Positions 8,755 through 19,740 are shown, numbered from the stretch's first letter. The stretch: DNA of 64,000 nucleotides from Candidatus Woesearchaeota archaeon (GCA_964514585.1 CAZETU010000001.1:18523-82522), one strand, 5' to 3'. Made by a program: numbers and translations. The notes: generated by a model not told the origin, from the sequence alone.

Positions 8755-9402
8755 TTACTTACCATAAGAACTTGGAAAAAATTCATCGTTAAATCTTTTC
8801 TCAAGTCTACATGTCAAGGCAGAAGATAAGCCACGAAAATCCGTATTCCCAAGAAACTCTCCCAAATTCCTCCGCGAACCCCCAAGCTTCGCCCCATTAT
8901 TAATATAAATCATATCAAAATTACTCATCCAATCAAACAAATGCTGACGAATCTGTAAAGGAGCTACAACAGACCAGGCATCAATACTACCTCCATCTAC
9001 AGCAAATCCCTTCTCAAGATAAAACAAAGACGCATTCTGCAAAACATCATCCCCTTCTGTAACTTTAAACTCGCCAAAAACAGAATATTTTTTCCAAGCC
9101 CCAATTCTTTCACCAGGAACATCCCAAGGGACAACCAGAAAGGCCATAGAATCATAAATAGAATCTACCCGAATCGCAGCAAGCGACCCCTCATCACCAC
9201 TAGCCCCAACACTAACTCTACCACCATTAGTAACATCAAAAGGAACCTCCCCCACCTTCAAAAAAGAAATAAAGGGATAATCAGCTCTTTCAGCAAAAGG
9301 AGAATCAAAAGAAGGACTCGCAAGCCCCTCTGTGCAAATATACCCATCCGTCACATCAGCAGTATAAACCCTTCTCATAGGACCACTACACTTCACTACC
9401 AT
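8755..9402 (-). CDS. Hypothetical protein
   Basis: 215-aa ORF with host-like codon bias; no motif recognised. Confidence 0.7.
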   Translation of the reverse strand: MVVKCSGPMRRVYTADVTDGYICTEGLASPSFDSPFAERADYPFISFLKVGEVPFDVTNGGRVSVGASGDEGSLAAIRVDSIYDSMAFLVVPWDVPGERIGAWKKYSVFGEFKVTEGDDVLQNASLFYLEKGFAVDGGSIDAWSVVAPLQIRQHLFDWMSNFDMIYINNGAKLGGSRRNLGEFLGNTDFRGLSSALTCRLEKRFNDEFFPSSYGK

Positions 9403-9485
9403 TAAATAAAAAAGAATCCAATCTTTTTTAATACTATTATCTTCAGCAATACACTTAAAAATATCCCAATTCTCTCAATATTACT

Positions 9486-9558
9486 AGTCCCGTAGTCTAG
9501 TGGTCAAGGATGCAGGGTTTTGATCCCTGTGACCCAGGTTCGAATCCTGGCGGGGCTA
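9486..9558 (+). tRNA. tRNA-Gln(TTG), CCA not encoded
   Basis: AGTCCCG/CGGGGCT acceptor with A1-U72, CAGGG-TTTTGAT-CCCTG, CCAGG-TTCGAAT-CCTGG. Confidence 0.95.
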
Positions 9559-9576
9559 TTTTTACATACAATTAAC

Positions 9577-9584
9577 TTTAAAAA
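9577..9584 (+). promoter_or_regulatory. TATA box (TTTAAAAA) of rps15, 29 nt before ATG
   Basis: Motif and spacing identical to the rpl44e promoter. Confidence 0.65.
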
Positions 9585-9605
9585 GCAAAATTTGTACAAC
9601 TTATC

Positions 9606-9962
9606 ATGGCAGAAAAAACAAAACCTACATGGGTTAAAATGAAAGAGCCTGAATTAAAAAAAATCATAGCAGAGCTTGCAGAAAAAAACGCCCCTTCTAA
9701 AATCGGATTAATCTTGCGAGACCAATACGGAATTCCGACAACAAAAGTTTTCGGCAAAAAATTAAAAGCTTATTTGAAAGAATTAGGAATCGAAGTAAAC
9801 GAAGACTTAGAAAACGCAGAGAAAAAAGTTGACAATCTTAAAGAACATCTAAAAGAAAACATCACAGACAGGTCCGCAAAACACAAATTACAACACGCAC
9901 AATCCAGATTAAACATCACTAGAAAGTATTTCAAGGTCCCACTCAGAAGAAAAAAGAAGTAA
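9606..9962 (+). CDS. rps15p: 30S ribosomal protein S15 (uS15), shortened
   Basis: PTWVK...PSKIGLILRDQYGIP...HLKENITDRSAKHKL...SRLNITRKYFK; upstream of DHH gene as usual. Confidence 0.88.
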   Translation: MAEKTKPTWVKMKEPELKKIIAELAEKNAPSKIGLILRDQYGIPTTKVFGKKLKAYLKELGIEVNEDLENAEKKVDNLKEHLKENITDRSAKHKLQHAQSRLNITRKYFKVPLRRKKK

Positions 9963-10033
9963 TTTCATTCTCCGTCGACAAACTTAATTTCTACTACCAT
10001 AATCTTTATTAACTAACCCCGGTTTTTTATAAA

Positions 10034-11383
10034 ATGTTAAAAGAGGTAGAGGGGTTCGTAAAAGAGTTTTTAGAATTCTCCAAGGATAAGCCAATAAGAA
10101 TCATCAGTCACTACGACACAGATGGAATCACATCAGCAGCAATTCTAATAAAAACCCTCAAAAGATTAGACAAAAAATTCTCAGTCAAAATAGTCAAAGG
10201 ATTAGAAGAACACATAATCAAAAAAGAACTCCTTAGACAACCAAAAGAAGTCATCGTCTTCAGTGACCTAGCCTCAGGAAGCTTAGACTATTTCCAAGAC
10301 CTCAAAGAACCAATCTTCATTCTAGATCATCACGAGATAGACAAGACTAAACTAAACGACAAAATCAAAATTATAAACGCCCACCTAACAGACACCCCAA
10401 AAGACAACGAAGCAACAGGCGCAGGAATATGCTACCTTTTCGCAAAAACAATCAATCCAGAAAACCAAGACCTAGCACCCCTAGCAATCATCGGAATGAT
10501 AGGAGACAGACACGAATCAAACTTATCAAAAATAAATCAACAAATAGTAAGCGACGCCCAAGACCTAACAATCAAAAAAGGAATAGTCCTATATCCCGCA
10601 ACTAGACCCCTAAGAAGAGCATTAGAGTGGTCAACCTCACCATACATCCCAGGAGTCACAGGAAACGGCCCAGGAGCACAAGAACTATTAAGAGAAACAG
10701 GAATCCCATTCAACAAAAACCTGCTCGACCTAAACGAAGACGAAATGTCAAAACTAATAACCGCAGTAATGATCCGTCGGGCAAACTCGGGAAAAGAAGA
10801 TAACATTCTCGGAAACCTCTACATCTTAAAATTCTTCAACACAAAAGAAGACGTCAGAGAAATTTCAGTCCTAATTAACGCATGCTCAAGACTAGGATAT
10901 TCAGACATCGCCCTCTCATACTGCCTAGAAAACGAAAAGGCAAAAACAAGAGCCCTAGACATCTACACAGAATACAAACAAGAATTAGTATCAGGATTAA
11001 AAGTCGCAGAAAAGATGGACAAAATCAACGGTAAAGGCTTCGTTATCCTAAACGCAAAAGACCAAATCAAAGACGCAATCGTCGGAACAATATGTTCAAT
11101 GCTCTCAAGCTCTCCAGACTATCAAGAAGGAACAATACTAATCGGGATGGCATACAACGAAGACAAAATAAAAGTTTCAGCAAGAATCGTCGGACACGAA
11201 GGCCGAAACCTAAAAGAAATCCTAGAAAAAACAGTAACAACTTTCAAAAGCGACAACCCAGAAACAATCGCCGAAGTCGGAGGACATCACTTCGCAGCAG
11301 GTTGCTTAATTGAAAAAGAAAAAGAAGAAAACTTTATTGAAACTTTGAAAAAAGAATTAGAAATTGAAATCGTAAAAATCTAA
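10034..11383 (+). CDS. DHH-family phosphoesterase (RecJ/Cdc45-like)
   Basis: SHYDTDG, FSDLASG, LDHH, GMIGD, C-terminal GGHHFAAG (DHHA1). Confidence 0.92.
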   Translation: MLKEVEGFVKEFLEFSKDKPIRIISHYDTDGITSAAILIKTLKRLDKKFSVKIVKGLEEHIIKKELLRQPKEVIVFSDLASGSLDYFQDLKEPIFILDHHEIDKTKLNDKIKIINAHLTDTPKDNEATGAGICYLFAKTINPENQDLAPLAIIGMIGDRHESNLSKINQQIVSDAQDLTIKKGIVLYPATRPLRRALEWSTSPYIPGVTGNGPGAQELLRETGIPFNKNLLDLNEDEMSKLITAVMIRRANSGKEDNILGNLYILKFFNTKEDVREISVLINACSRLGYSDIALSYCLENEKAKTRALDIYTEYKQELVSGLKVAEKMDKINGKGFVILNAKDQIKDAIVGTICSMLSSSPDYQEGTILIGMAYNEDKIKVSARIVGHEGRNLKEILEKTVTTFKSDNPETIAEVGGHHFAAGCLIEKEKEENFIETLKKELEIEIVKI

Positions 11384-14300
11384 GAGCAAGGTAAAGCACC
11401 AACAGCAACACCAGGCTTACCATTTATCGAACCATCACACAATGGCCCATTAGGACTAGGCCTCATATCAGAATTCTTATAATCAATAAACATTGTAAAT
11501 GGATTCAACTCCTCAGTATTTGCATTATTTTTTATAATTATATTTCTTGAAGGATTGTTCCATGGAACCTCATGAGCCACATTGTTTGAAATTTCTATAT
11601 CACTTAATGGTCGATTCAATCTTATATCTGGCTCACTAAGTGGTTCTATTCCATATGGTGAAATAATAGTATTGTTTACTATTTTTAGATTCCATTGAGA
11701 TTGGTGGTCAGGCGATATTCCGTGTGCATGATTCTGCACCATTATAACATTGTTTGCAATTAATGAATCATATAATCCTCCTCCAAAAATACCCTGTGAA
11801 CCTCCTGGACCTACACCAGGCCTGTTATAATCCGGAAGAGCATTAAGATAATTATTTATTATTGTTATATTACTATAATTATAATACCCCGAATATTGTA
11901 TCCCATCTGTATGAAAGTGGCCTGACCAGTAAAGATCTGCATAAGTATTAATGATAGTATTACCCCTCACAATAGTATTAGCCTCCAAACTCGCAATCCC
12001 ATCAGAGGCATATCCATCAATCAGATTATTCTCAAAAAGTCCATATTTCCCAGTACTCACAACTCCCATCGCCACATTCTTGATAACATTGTTTTTGAAG
12101 ATGAAGTGATGGCTTCTTGCGCCCATTTTGATTCCATGCCATGTCCTATTAGACCAATCAAGAACATCCCAAGAACTAGTGTCCTCAACAGTATAAAGAT
12201 AATTATTCTCAAAGGTCATATGATCATTATCATAACCATAAAATATTGCTGGAATATTTGATTGAGTATGCAAAGAAGGGGTACCTCCATTAACACTAGG
12301 ACCCAGCTCAAGACCCTTAAACTTCCAATAAGAACAACTCTTACAGGTCACGCCACCAAGCTTAGGATTATGTCCTGGCTCAGCTTCAATATTAATATAG
12401 CCAGAATTCTTCTTATGTGCCCTAATCTCTGAATTAACTTCACTATTAAAAGAACCATGGTAACCATTAAGCAGTCTCAATGTATCCCCTCCTGCAATCT
12501 TCCAACCATTAAAATAACCAGCATCAACAACTGAATTTAAAGAACCCCAGGGCCTACTTCGAGTTCCATCTCCACTGACAGTATTTCCATTCACAGGATC
12601 CAAATAATAAAAGTTAGAAGAAAGCACAACACAACCTCCATCGACACAAACTTCGCCACTACTACATCCACTACCACAAGTTCCTCCACATCCATCGCCA
12701 CCGCAAACCTTACCAACACAATCAGGAACACAAGCCCCAGTACAACTTCCACTGACACAACTCTCGCTAGCATCACAACTTCCACAAGTCACAGGATCCC
12801 CACAATTATTATTCCGAGTTCCACATGTCCATATGCCACAAGTAGCAGAAGCAGATTCTGGCGTACAAGGAATCAATGTCGGTTGCTGCTCATCATAAAT
12901 CTCTCCAACCTCGCTTAGACTCAAAGCCCTATCATAAACCATAACATCATCAAGCTTACCTTCCCACCAAACATCAAGATTACTACAAACTCCATCGGCA
13001 TAATCAACACCTATTGTAACCTCCGAATTAGCACGAACATTAGGCGACCCAACATTAGACTTAGTTCCCTCTAAAACACCATCAACATAAATCCTATTAC
13101 TATTCCCATCATAAGTCGCAACAAGATGATGCCAAGAATTATCAAATAAATTAGTCGTTGACTTAACCCTAGTCGCATCATAGTTCTTATCTGGCCTAAC
13201 AAAAATCATATCAGCCAACCCAGTATCATCAACCCTCACCTTATAATTCAAATAAACCCAATCATCAGAAACACAATTTTCTCCATACCTATTTGAAAAA
13301 ATCGTCTTCCGAAAATCCTGAGACGTAGATTTAATCCAAGAACTAATAGTATAAGAAGTAGGCATATTAAGTCCGTCAGGATTACTTAAATCAACATAAT
13401 CGTTTTTACCATCCAACTCCAAAACATTCCCTTTATCAGCGTCGCTAACAACCTTAGCATTATCCATCATAACCCCATTATGATTCCCAGTCTCATCACT
13501 AGCAGCATTATCAAACTTATAATAAGCAATATAATCAGAAGGAACTTTCGAAAAAGCAACACAACCTCCATCGACACAACTAGCATCAGCCCCACAATCA
13601 GCATCATTAACCCTATCATAACAATCATCAGCCTTCAAAGAACAAGAATAAGGAACATTCCCATCACAAAAATTACCTGCACTTGAACAACCAACATCGT
13701 CCTCACAGCTCACAATAGCAGCAACCTTCATAAGTCCACTTCGAACACTTTCCGTCGAATTACCAGCCAAAGTCGCCACAAAATAAAACTCAGGTATTCC
13801 CGATACATCATTAATATACTCCGCCTTCCAAGACGTCCTATCATAAACCCCATTCAAAACCGTAATCTCATCATCACCAAAAGGATCACTTTCATAAATC
13901 CTAAAAAGAATACTCTCCCCCACACAATTACTCCCATCAACAATCAAACCAACATTGATTCCTTCAGTAACCGAAGAGGCAGTCCAAAAAGCACTAGTTA
14001 AATCACAAAGCACCGGCGGTTCAGGTTCAACAGGAGAATCAATCACCCCATTATTATAAATTTCAGAAATTTCAGAACTGCTCAGTGGTCTATTGTAAAT
14101 AACAACGTCGTCAATCAAACCATTAAACCCATTCCCAATTTGTACAACAGAATCGACATCTGACCCAAAAATAATATCATCAGAACTCCCAACCAATTCT
14201 CCATCAGCATACAAAGAAGAACTCTCAGAATCCTGAACAAGGACCAAATTAACCCATCTTGAAGGCTCCAAGTCATAATTGTAAAAATAACTCATATTAT

Positions 14301-14916
14301 TTTTCCTAGCGAATATAACATATCCTAAATTACTATCCCTCGAAAGCTGCCACCTAGAAGTATCAGTTCCCCAAGAATCACTCTTGGTAACCAGTCCAAT
14401 ATAACTTGACTCTGGGTCATCATTCAAATAATACCAAAGAGAAATACTAATATCATGTTCTGATGGATCAAAAGTTCCCAAATCAACATAATCCCCGTCG
14501 CCGTCCAAACCCAAAACATTTCCCCTCTCGCCATCGCTAACAATCGCAGCATCACCCTTCAATACACCATCATAATTTCCACCCTCATCACTAGCATCAC
14601 TATTAAATTTATAATAAGCAACATAATCAAAAGAAACCTGAGGGACAGTCAATTCAGTCGCATCACCACTAATCGAAGTATCATCTTTTTTAAGTAATCC
14701 AGGAGGAATATTCTTATCTTTCTCCACACGAGCAGCTGCCAACAAACCATCAGTATCCCAAGCAATATTCTCATCATCAATAATAATAATATTAGTCGCA
14801 CTATCACCCAAGCCACCAAATCCAGTATCAGAAGAAATATAAATCCAAAACATAGAAACTAAAACTACAGACATAATAAAAACAATAACAATCGCAGACG
14901 TCCCCTTTTTAGCCAT
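11380..14916 (-). CDS. Pilin-leader surface protein: 2x LamG, Cys-rich spacers, C-terminal right-handed beta-helix (putative glycan lyase/adhesin)
   Basis: MAKKG/TSAIVIVFIMSVVL; two LDGxGDYVD...W.HLV...YVDG...G.IDDV.IY.R.LS LamG copies; beta-helix repeats (ENNYL, KNNVIKN, ENNLIDG, HTDGIQY, NNTII). Confidence 0.85.
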   Translation of the reverse strand: MAKKGTSAIVIVFIMSVVLVSMFWIYISSDTGFGGLGDSATNIIIIDDENIAWDTDGLLAAARVEKDKNIPPGLLKKDDTSISGDATELTVPQVSFDYVAYYKFNSDASDEGGNYDGVLKGDAAIVSDGERGNVLGLDGDGDYVDLGTFDPSEHDISISLWYYLNDDPESSYIGLVTKSDSWGTDTSRWQLSRDSNLGYVIFARKNNMSYFYNYDLEPSRWVNLVLVQDSESSSLYADGELVGSSDDIIFGSDVDSVVQIGNGFNGLIDDVVIYNRPLSSSEISEIYNNGVIDSPVEPEPPVLCDLTSAFWTASSVTEGINVGLIVDGSNCVGESILFRIYESDPFGDDEITVLNGVYDRTSWKAEYINDVSGIPEFYFVATLAGNSTESVRSGLMKVAAIVSCEDDVGCSSAGNFCDGNVPYSCSLKADDCYDRVNDADCGADASCVDGGCVAFSKVPSDYIAYYKFDNAASDETGNHNGVMMDNAKVVSDADKGNVLELDGKNDYVDLSNPDGLNMPTSYTISSWIKSTSQDFRKTIFSNRYGENCVSDDWVYLNYKVRVDDTGLADMIFVRPDKNYDATRVKSTTNLFDNSWHHLVATYDGNSNRIYVDGVLEGTKSNVGSPNVRANSEVTIGVDYADGVCSNLDVWWEGKLDDVMVYDRALSLSEVGEIYDEQQPTLIPCTPESASATCGIWTCGTRNNNCGDPVTCGSCDASESCVSGSCTGACVPDCVGKVCGGDGCGGTCGSGCSSGEVCVDGGCVVLSSNFYYLDPVNGNTVSGDGTRSRPWGSLNSVVDAGYFNGWKIAGGDTLRLLNGYHGSFNSEVNSEIRAHKKNSGYINIEAEPGHNPKLGGVTCKSCSYWKFKGLELGPSVNGGTPSLHTQSNIPAIFYGYDNDHMTFENNYLYTVEDTSSWDVLDWSNRTWHGIKMGARSHHFIFKNNVIKNVAMGVVSTGKYGLFENNLIDGYASDGIASLEANTIVRGNTIINTYADLYWSGHFHTDGIQYSGYYNYSNITIINNYLNALPDYNRPGVGPGGSQGIFGGGLYDSLIANNVIMVQNHAHGISPDHQSQWNLKIVNNTIISPYGIEPLSEPDIRLNRPLSDIEISNNVAHEVPWNNPSRNIIIKNNANTEELNPFTMFIDYKNSDMRPSPNGPLCDGSINGKPGVAVGALPCS

Positions 14917-14952
14917 AAAAACTATTAGAAAAAAGACTATATAAATATAATC

Positions 14953-17886
14953 CTAAACACAACCTAAAGCCCCAACAGCAACGCCAGGCTTACCATTCAC
15001 AGAGCCATCGCACGCAGGCGAATTCATCTTAGGACGATAATCGTCATTCGCTCCGTCTACAAACACCGCAGGAATTGTATCATATCTATGAGGATATTCC
15101 AAACTATTCGGCTCCGAAAGTCCAGGAGAACCAGATCCCCCCCTCGAAAATATATTCATATCATGATATAAAAACCCACTACCACCATTATATCTCGTCG
15201 CAAATATATTATTATAAGAAGTTATATCCTTAGTACTATAGTCATCAAGATATTCCATATACTGGTGATAAAAAACAAACCCCGTACTTCCATCGACTCC
15301 TTCTTTTCTAACAACAGTATTGTCGGCAAATAACCCATTGTAAACGCTATAAACTCTCCAATCATAATTCCCCAAACTATACATCAGATTCCCCGTAAAC
15401 GTCACACCATCGATATGAGAACCACCCGTCCAAATCCCTTGCGAAGAATGATCATGTATTACATTATCCTTAATAACTAAATTCTTCAAAGCCCAACTCT
15501 TACCATAAAAACCGCCCTCAGGTCGAGCCCTATTTGAAGCAGTATAAACCTGAATACAATCCGGATGCTCACTACTCAAAAAAGAATTCCCATATATATC
15601 ATTCCCCTCAATCAAAAGATTATGCCCACCACCAGTAAATATCTTATCAACTCCAACATGATGAATCTCATTTCTCAAAATCTTAACATTAGTATTATAC
15701 CCAGAAAGCAAAATCCCATTATGCCCACCACTCAATTCAGAATCCGATATAACAAAATCATACGCCCTATTCGTCTGAATTAAATCAAGAGCCTTCCTTT
15801 TTTCCTGTATTAAGGCCTCGTCGGTAGTTCCCTTAATATTCATATTCTTAAGTCTAATACCCGCAGCATAATATATACGAACACTATTCCATCCAGCATT
15901 TTCTATTTTAATCCCATCAAATTCATGAGCTGCCAAATAAACATCAGAAGCATAATTAAAAATAATTCCCCCAAAATTAACATTACTATTTCCACTAGCC
16001 GCTCTATAGCTTATGTATGGCTGATCAGATGGCAACGGATCCGTAGAGGCTCCAGTATATTTCTGTAAATATTTTTTATCCAAACTAAAAGTTCCATAGT
16101 CTCCATTGTAAATCGTCACAGTATCCCCATAACTAACCCTATTACCTGACCCAGAATAACTAAGCATTGCTCGTCCCAAAGTTTTCCATGCCCTACCAGA
16201 ACTTAGACCATCATTATTATCATTCCCACTAGCCGCATTCAAATAATAAACATTGTTCGAAGCCACGCTACAACTTCCACTACTACAAACTTCTCCGCTC
16301 CCACATCCACTACCACAAGTCACAGAATCCCCGCAGTTGTTCGTCCTTTGCCCACAAACCCAACTTCCACAAGTTACAGAAGCTGGCTCCGAAATACACG
16401 GCGTTGGCGTTGGGGTTGGCGTTGGGGTTGGCGTTGGGGTTGGCGTTGGGGTTGGCGTTGGGGTTGGCGTTGGGGTTGGAGTAGCAACAGAACCATAAAT
16501 ATTATCAATCTCCTCCTGAATTAAAGCCCTATCATAAATAACGACATCATCAATAAAACCATCAAACCCATGACCAATCTCTACCCCAGAATCAACATCA
16601 TCACCAAAAATAATATCCTCCGCACTTGAAATCATTTCCCCATCAACATACAAAGAAGAACTCGTTGAATCCTGCACAAGAACCAAATGGACCCATCTGC
16701 CCACCTCAAGATCATAACCAGAAAAATAAGCCATATCATTTTTCCTAGCAAATATAATATATCCTAAATTACCATCCCTCGAAAGCTGCCACCTCGAAGT
16801 CGACTCACCCCAAGAATCACTCTTAGTAACCAGCCCAATATAAGTAGACCTCGGATCCTCATTCAAATAATACCAAAGAGAAATACTAATATCATGGCTC
16901 GACGGATCAAAAGTACCAACATCAACATAATCACCGTAGCCATCCAAACTCAAAACACTCCCTCTATTCAACATATTAGAATCCGTAGAAATAGAGGCAT
17001 CCCCAACAAAAGTACCATCATGCTTTTCAGATTCATCACTAGCGTCACCTTCAAACCTATAATAAGCCACATACCCGTCAGAAACATGGGAAAGCACGAA
17101 GCAACTCCCATCAACACAATTATTCGGGCCACAAGATACCTCATTAACTTTATCGTAACATCCATCATTTCCCAAAACACAAGAATAAAAATCATTAGCG
17201 CCCTCACAAAACTGCCCAACAGAAGAACAATCATAATCATTTGAACAAACGACGGGAGTCGAATCAGAATCCTCATTGCCCGAATCAAAACTACTATCTG
17301 AGTTAGAGTTACCATTATTACCAGAGCCCTCATCCAAATATGGATTATAACCCCCAACATCTAATCCGTCAAATAAATCATTAAAAACTGGGGATTCAAC
17401 ACTAGGATCAACAAACCCCCCTTCCGGAATAAACTTCATCAAATTGACTCTATTAATCCTGTTCCTCTTAAGTTCACTAACAACCGACCCAATTCTACCA
17501 CCAAAAAAAATCGGAGAAAGCTTAATCGATTCCAGTTCCCCATCATAACCACTTAAATTAATATAATACGTTTTCTCAGAATCCGCCGACAAAACATCAT
17601 CAACATAATGACTAACCACATTCCCATCCATTACAAAAGACAAACCAAAGCCAATAATCTCCGTATCACTAGACTCCCTCTTTACCTGAACCTCTGCCAA
17701 TCGACTATCTGCATCCCACGAAGTATGCCCCCCCTCTAAAGAAAGACCGACACTACTCTCCTCCTCACTTAAATAAAAATCATCAATATCGACTGAAGTT
17801 GCAACACTCCAAATCACCATCCCAAGAACAACAGTTACTAAAGCCATAAAAATTATAGCAAGAACGACAGACACTCCTTTCTTCAT
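14953..17886 (-). CDS. Pilin-leader surface protein: shared N-domain, LamG, (PT)n linker, C-terminal right-handed beta-helix
   Basis: [21 protein letters not shown]; LamG; PT repeat; [24 protein letters not shown] then beta-helix repeats (RNEIH, GNDIY, HPDCIQ, DNVIHD). Confidence 0.85.
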   Translation of the reverse strand: MKKGVSVVLAIIFMALVTVVLGMVIWSVATSVDIDDFYLSEEESSVGLSLEGGHTSWDADSRLAEVQVKRESSDTEIIGFGLSFVMDGNVVSHYVDDVLSADSEKTYYINLSGYDGELESIKLSPIFFGGRIGSVVSELKRNRINRVNLMKFIPEGGFVDPSVESPVFNDLFDGLDVGGYNPYLDEGSGNNGNSNSDSSFDSGNEDSDSTPVVCSNDYDCSSVGQFCEGANDFYSCVLGNDGCYDKVNEVSCGPNNCVDGSCFVLSHVSDGYVAYYRFEGDASDESEKHDGTFVGDASISTDSNMLNRGSVLSLDGYGDYVDVGTFDPSSHDISISLWYYLNEDPRSTYIGLVTKSDSWGESTSRWQLSRDGNLGYIIFARKNDMAYFSGYDLEVGRWVHLVLVQDSTSSSLYVDGEMISSAEDIIFGDDVDSGVEIGHGFDGFIDDVVIYDRALIQEEIDNIYGSVATPTPTPTPTPTPTPTPTPTPTPTPTPTPCISEPASVTCGSWVCGQRTNNCGDSVTCGSGCGSGEVCSSGSCSVASNNVYYLNAASGNDNNDGLSSGRAWKTLGRAMLSYSGSGNRVSYGDTVTIYNGDYGTFSLDKKYLQKYTGASTDPLPSDQPYISYRAASGNSNVNFGGIIFNYASDVYLAAHEFDGIKIENAGWNSVRIYYAAGIRLKNMNIKGTTDEALIQEKRKALDLIQTNRAYDFVISDSELSGGHNGILLSGYNTNVKILRNEIHHVGVDKIFTGGGHNLLIEGNDIYGNSFLSSEHPDCIQVYTASNRARPEGGFYGKSWALKNLVIKDNVIHDHSSQGIWTGGSHIDGVTFTGNLMYSLGNYDWRVYSVYNGLFADNTVVRKEGVDGSTGFVFYHQYMEYLDDYSTKDITSYNNIFATRYNGGSGFLYHDMNIFSRGGSGSPGLSEPNSLEYPHRYDTIPAVFVDGANDDYRPKMNSPACDGSVNGKPGVAVGALGCV
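16400..16482. repeat. 12-bp tandem repeat (GGCGTTGGGGTT) encoding a Pro-Thr linker
   Basis: About six near-perfect units; translates as TPTPTP on the - strand. Confidence 0.95.
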
Positions 17887-17993
17887 CCCAATTCAAGCAA
17901 AATATAATATATAAATCTTGACAACCCACAAACCTTAGCTCACCAGAGATACCTACTGGGTAAAAACCTTGGTTTTAAAAACAGACACAAAAC

Positions 17994-18001
17994 CTTAAAA
18001 A
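17994..18001 (+). promoter_or_regulatory. TATA box (CTTAAAAA) of rps27e, 29 nt before ATG
   Basis: Same spacing as the rpl44e and rps15 promoters. Confidence 0.6.
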
Positions 18002-18022
18002 CCAAAATTCTCACCTAACTAT

Positions 18023-18196
18023 ATGGAAAACACAAAAGGAAAGTTCATAAGAGTCAAATGCTCAAAATGCAAAGCAGCTCAGACAATTTTTGGAAAAGCC
18101 TCAACGAAAGTTAGATGCCTAGAATGCAACACCATCCTAGCTCTACCAGCAGGCGGAAAAGCAAAAATTCGTTCACGTGTCGAAGAAATTTTATAA
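18023..18196 (+). CDS. rps27e: 30S ribosomal protein S27e (57 aa, below the ORF-track cutoff)
   Basis: MENTKGKFIRVKCSKCKAAQTIFGKASTKVRCLECNTILALPAGGKAKIRSRVEEIL. Confidence 0.96.
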   Translation: MENTKGKFIRVKCSKCKAAQTIFGKASTKVRCLECNTILALPAGGKAKIRSRVEEIL

Positions 18197-18234
18197 TTCT
18201 ATAACTTTAAATAACTAAATTTATTGAAATTAAC

Positions 18235-18939
18235 ATGGAAGAAGGAGACCTAATATTATGCACAGTTGAGAAAGTAACAAACACAATCACATTTGTAAAA
18301 ATGCCAGACCACAAAGAGGGCACAATTGTTTCTTCAGAAATCGCACCAGGACGAATCAAGCTTATGAGACAATACGTTGTCCCAAATAAAAAAGTAGTTT
18401 GCAAAGTTCTCGGAGTCAATGGTAACCACATTCAACTATCTTTACGAAGGGTCAACTCAAAAGAAAAGAAAGAGGTAATGCAAACATACAAACAAGGACA
18501 AGCAATAAAAGTCGCATTCAAACAAATCTTAAAAGAAAATGTCAAAACAACAAAAGAAAAAATATTAGAAAAATATAAAACATTATCTGAATTTATCGAA
18601 GCTGCCAGAGAAGACGAAAGCCTAATATCAAAATACATTCCAAAAGACAAACAAGAACTAATAAGAAAAATAGCAGAAAAGAAAAGAAAAGCCCAAGAAC
18701 TAAAACAAAACATAAAAGTCAAATGCCTAGAAGATGACGGAGTCAAAAAAATAAAAAAACTCTTCGACTTCAAAAACGAAAACGTTTCAATAACTTACAT
18801 ATCCGCAGGAAACTTCAAACTCAAATTAACAGTAGAGGATTTTAAACAAGGAAAAAAAGAAATGATAGAATTACTTGAAGAACTTGAAAAAAGAGCAAAA
18901 GAAAACAGTTGCGAATTCTACAGCTCAGAGGAAAGGTAA
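18235..18939 (+). CDS. eif2a: Translation initiation factor 2 alpha subunit
   Basis: N-terminal S1 domain (SEIAPGRIK...CKVL...IQLSLRRV), YISAG motif; S27e-aIF2a-Nop10 synteny. Confidence 0.88.
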   Translation: MEEGDLILCTVEKVTNTITFVKMPDHKEGTIVSSEIAPGRIKLMRQYVVPNKKVVCKVLGVNGNHIQLSLRRVNSKEKKEVMQTYKQGQAIKVAFKQILKENVKTTKEKILEKYKTLSEFIEAAREDESLISKYIPKDKQELIRKIAEKKRKAQELKQNIKVKCLEDDGVKKIKKLFDFKNENVSITYISAGNFKLKLTVEDFKQGKKEMIELLEELEKRAKENSCEFYSSEER

Positions 18940-18940
18940 G

Positions 18941-19087
18941 ATGCATTTAAACAAATGCCCATCCTGCAACAAATATACATTCAAAAAAGACTGCCCAAAA
19001 TGCAATTCAAAAACAGAATCCGCTCATTACAAATTCGTTAAAATCAGAAACGCCCCGCCTCGAAGCGCCCCATTCAAAAAACGCTAA
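18941..19087 (+). CDS. nop10: H/ACA RNP protein Nop10
   Basis: KCPSCNKYTFKKDCPKCNSKTESAH zinc ribbon, directly after aIF2a. Confidence 0.85.
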   Translation: MHLNKCPSCNKYTFKKDCPKCNSKTESAHYKFVKIRNAPPRSAPFKKR

Positions 19088-19710
19088 CAGCATTCCCTTT
19101 TAACAATCTCCATATCTTCTTCCCATAACGGCGTCAGCTTCGTTCTATTATAAATTATCGCCGCAGGATGAAACAAGGGAATCAACTTAAACTTCAAAAC
19201 ACTCGCCTTCCCCTCGCTATCCTTCACACTCATCTCACAATCCTGAACCCTACCATGAACAGAAGTAATCCCAGGTTGACTACTCATCGCATCAACATCA
19301 CCCTTAGCCAAAAAGAACTTAGTCGCATAATTCCCAAGAGAACAAACAACCTTTGGCTTCATATCCCTAATCTGTTTCAACAACCACGGAGTATGCGCCC
19401 TAATCTCATCAGGCAACGGATCCCGATTCTCTGGAGGTCGGCATTTCAAAATATTAGCAATATAAATATCATCAAAAGTTAATCCGACTTTCTCTAATAA
19501 CTTATCTAAATTTTTCCCGGCAGCCCCGACAAAAGCCAACCCCTGCAAATCTTCATTCCTCCCAGGAGCCTCACCGACAAACAAAATTTCACTCGCAGGA
19601 TTTCCTCGCCCAACAACCACATTAGTACAATCCTTAAATAAATCAGTTCTCTTCACAAGAGCTGCCTCATAAAAATTAAATTCATCAGATTTCTTATTCG
19701 ACTCTTCCAT
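19084..19710 (-). CDS. Uracil-DNA glycosylase family 4
   Basis: VGEAPGRNEDLQG.AFVG.AG, NILKCRPPENRDP, FHPAAI. Confidence 0.95.
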   Translation of the reverse strand: MEESNKKSDEFNFYEAALVKRTDLFKDCTNVVVGRGNPASEILFVGEAPGRNEDLQGLAFVGAAGKNLDKLLEKVGLTFDDIYIANILKCRPPENRDPLPDEIRAHTPWLLKQIRDMKPKVVCSLGNYATKFFLAKGDVDAMSSQPGITSVHGRVQDCEMSVKDSEGKASVLKFKLIPLFHPAAIIYNRTKLTPLWEEDMEIVKRECC

Positions 19711-19740
19711 AAAAAAAACAAGAATCAAAAGTTATTAAAC

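Noticed and set aside
14221-16960. DGR template/variable repeat pair (similar LamG segments 14221-14530 and 16660-16960)
   Set aside because: Mismatches involve all four bases and are mostly synonymous, not adenine-specific; both copies are mid-gene; no reverse transcriptase or Avd gene is in the window.
17918-17990. Possible ncRNA upstream of rps27e
   Set aside because: Only short stems (ACCCA/TGGGT, AAAAC/GTTTT, CTC/GAG); too weak to call as a feature.
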